Below are positions 17,539 through 17,956 of a DNA stretch of 17,956 bases, piece after piece. A program made the position numbers and the translations under genes. Numbering within the stretch: position 1 is the stretch's first letter; every line of letters begins with the position of its first letter. This DNA comes from Desulfurella sp. (lineage in GTDB: Bacteria; Campylobacterota_A; Desulfurellia; Desulfurellales; Desulfurellaceae). The notes under the pieces are model-generated. The model saw only the letters and a list, made by a program, of their open reading frames with translations, was not told the origin of the DNA and ran no database searches. The stretch lies in assembly GCA_031960885.1 (NCBI GenBank), contig JAVRLY010000027.1, forward strand, positions 1 to 17,956. The letters are read 5' to 3'.

Positions 17539-17956
17539 ATGCAAGATAAATCTCTAAAACAAGAAGCTTTGGAATACCATAGCTTAGAAAAACCAGGCAA
17601 AATAGAAGTTAGGTACACAAAACCATTTAACAGCCAAAAGGACTTATCGCTAGCCTATACACCAGGTGTTGCAGAAGTATGTATGCAAATTAAGCAAAAC
17701 CCACAAGATGCATACAATTACACGACAAAATCAAACCTTGTGGCTGTTGTAACAAACGGTACAGCTGTACTTGGCTTGGGCAATATTGGCGCTTTAGCAG
17801 GAAAACCTGTAATGGAAGGCAAAGGCAACCTATTCAAAAAATTCGCTGATATTGATGTGTTTGATATAGAGCTAAATGAAGAAGACCCAGATAAAATAAT
17901 AGAAATTGTAGCAGCAATGGAGCCTACATTTGGCGGTATAAATCTTGAAGACATTA
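17539..17956 (+). CDS. maeB: NAD(P)-dependent malic enzyme (MaeB-type), N-terminal part; runs off the window end
   Basis: Not in the ORF track. Manual translation from ATG 17539 (AAGGAGG RBS upstream) gives [14 protein letters not shown]...PGKIEV...[12 protein letters not shown]...[44 protein letters not shown]...[11 protein letters not shown]. Confidence 0.95.
   Translation, partial: MQDKSLKQEALEYHSLEKPGKIEVRYTKPFNSQKDLSLAYTPGVAEVCMQIKQNPQDAYNYTTKSNLVAVVTNGTAVLGLGNIGALAGKPVMEGKGNLFKKFADIDVFDIELNEEDPDKIIEIVAAMEPTFGGINLEDI

Noticed and set aside
17718..17954. 78-aa minus-strand ORF in the track
   Set aside because: Antisense of the real plus-strand malic enzyme gene starting at 17539.
1..17956. 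Mobile elements, CRISPR arrays, defence systems, pseudogenes or programmed frameshifts
   Set aside because: I saw no transposase/integrase motifs, spaced direct repeats or broken reading frames. All complete genes are about full length for their families, and intergenic gaps are short and explained.

Overview
An AT-rich, gene-dense housekeeping/metabolic region from an anaerobic bacterium. Gene content and composition suggest a Desulfurella-like sulfur reducer, but this is inference only. From left to right: (1) a Liv-type ABC transporter (partial livH plus a binding protein) divergent from a split proline-catabolism operon (pruA, PRODH, EamA exporter); (2) a minus-strand three-gene operon with its own sigma70 promoter, matching the methanogen-type aspartate-semialdehyde-to-homocysteine system (DUF39 sulfurtransferase, UPF0280/ApbE-like protein, NIL-ferredoxin); (3) the conserved 6S RNA, 5-formyl-THF cyclo-ligase, rny, ymdB unit, here without zapA; (4) a glutaredoxin-like, paaK-like ligase, ACT operon; (5) divergent from it, a split methylmalonyl-CoA mutase operon (large and small subunits, meaB, epimerase) that continues into a CoA-disulfide reductase-like flavoprotein and a malic enzyme cut by the window end. 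The ORF track misses livH, the malic enzyme and the 6S RNA. I saw no mobile elements, CRISPR arrays, tRNA/rRNA genes, frameshifts or defence systems. There is no clearly new system. The best leads are the bacterial CBS-less homocysteine operon, the CoA-disulfide reductase inside the mutase operon, and candidate operator palindromes.
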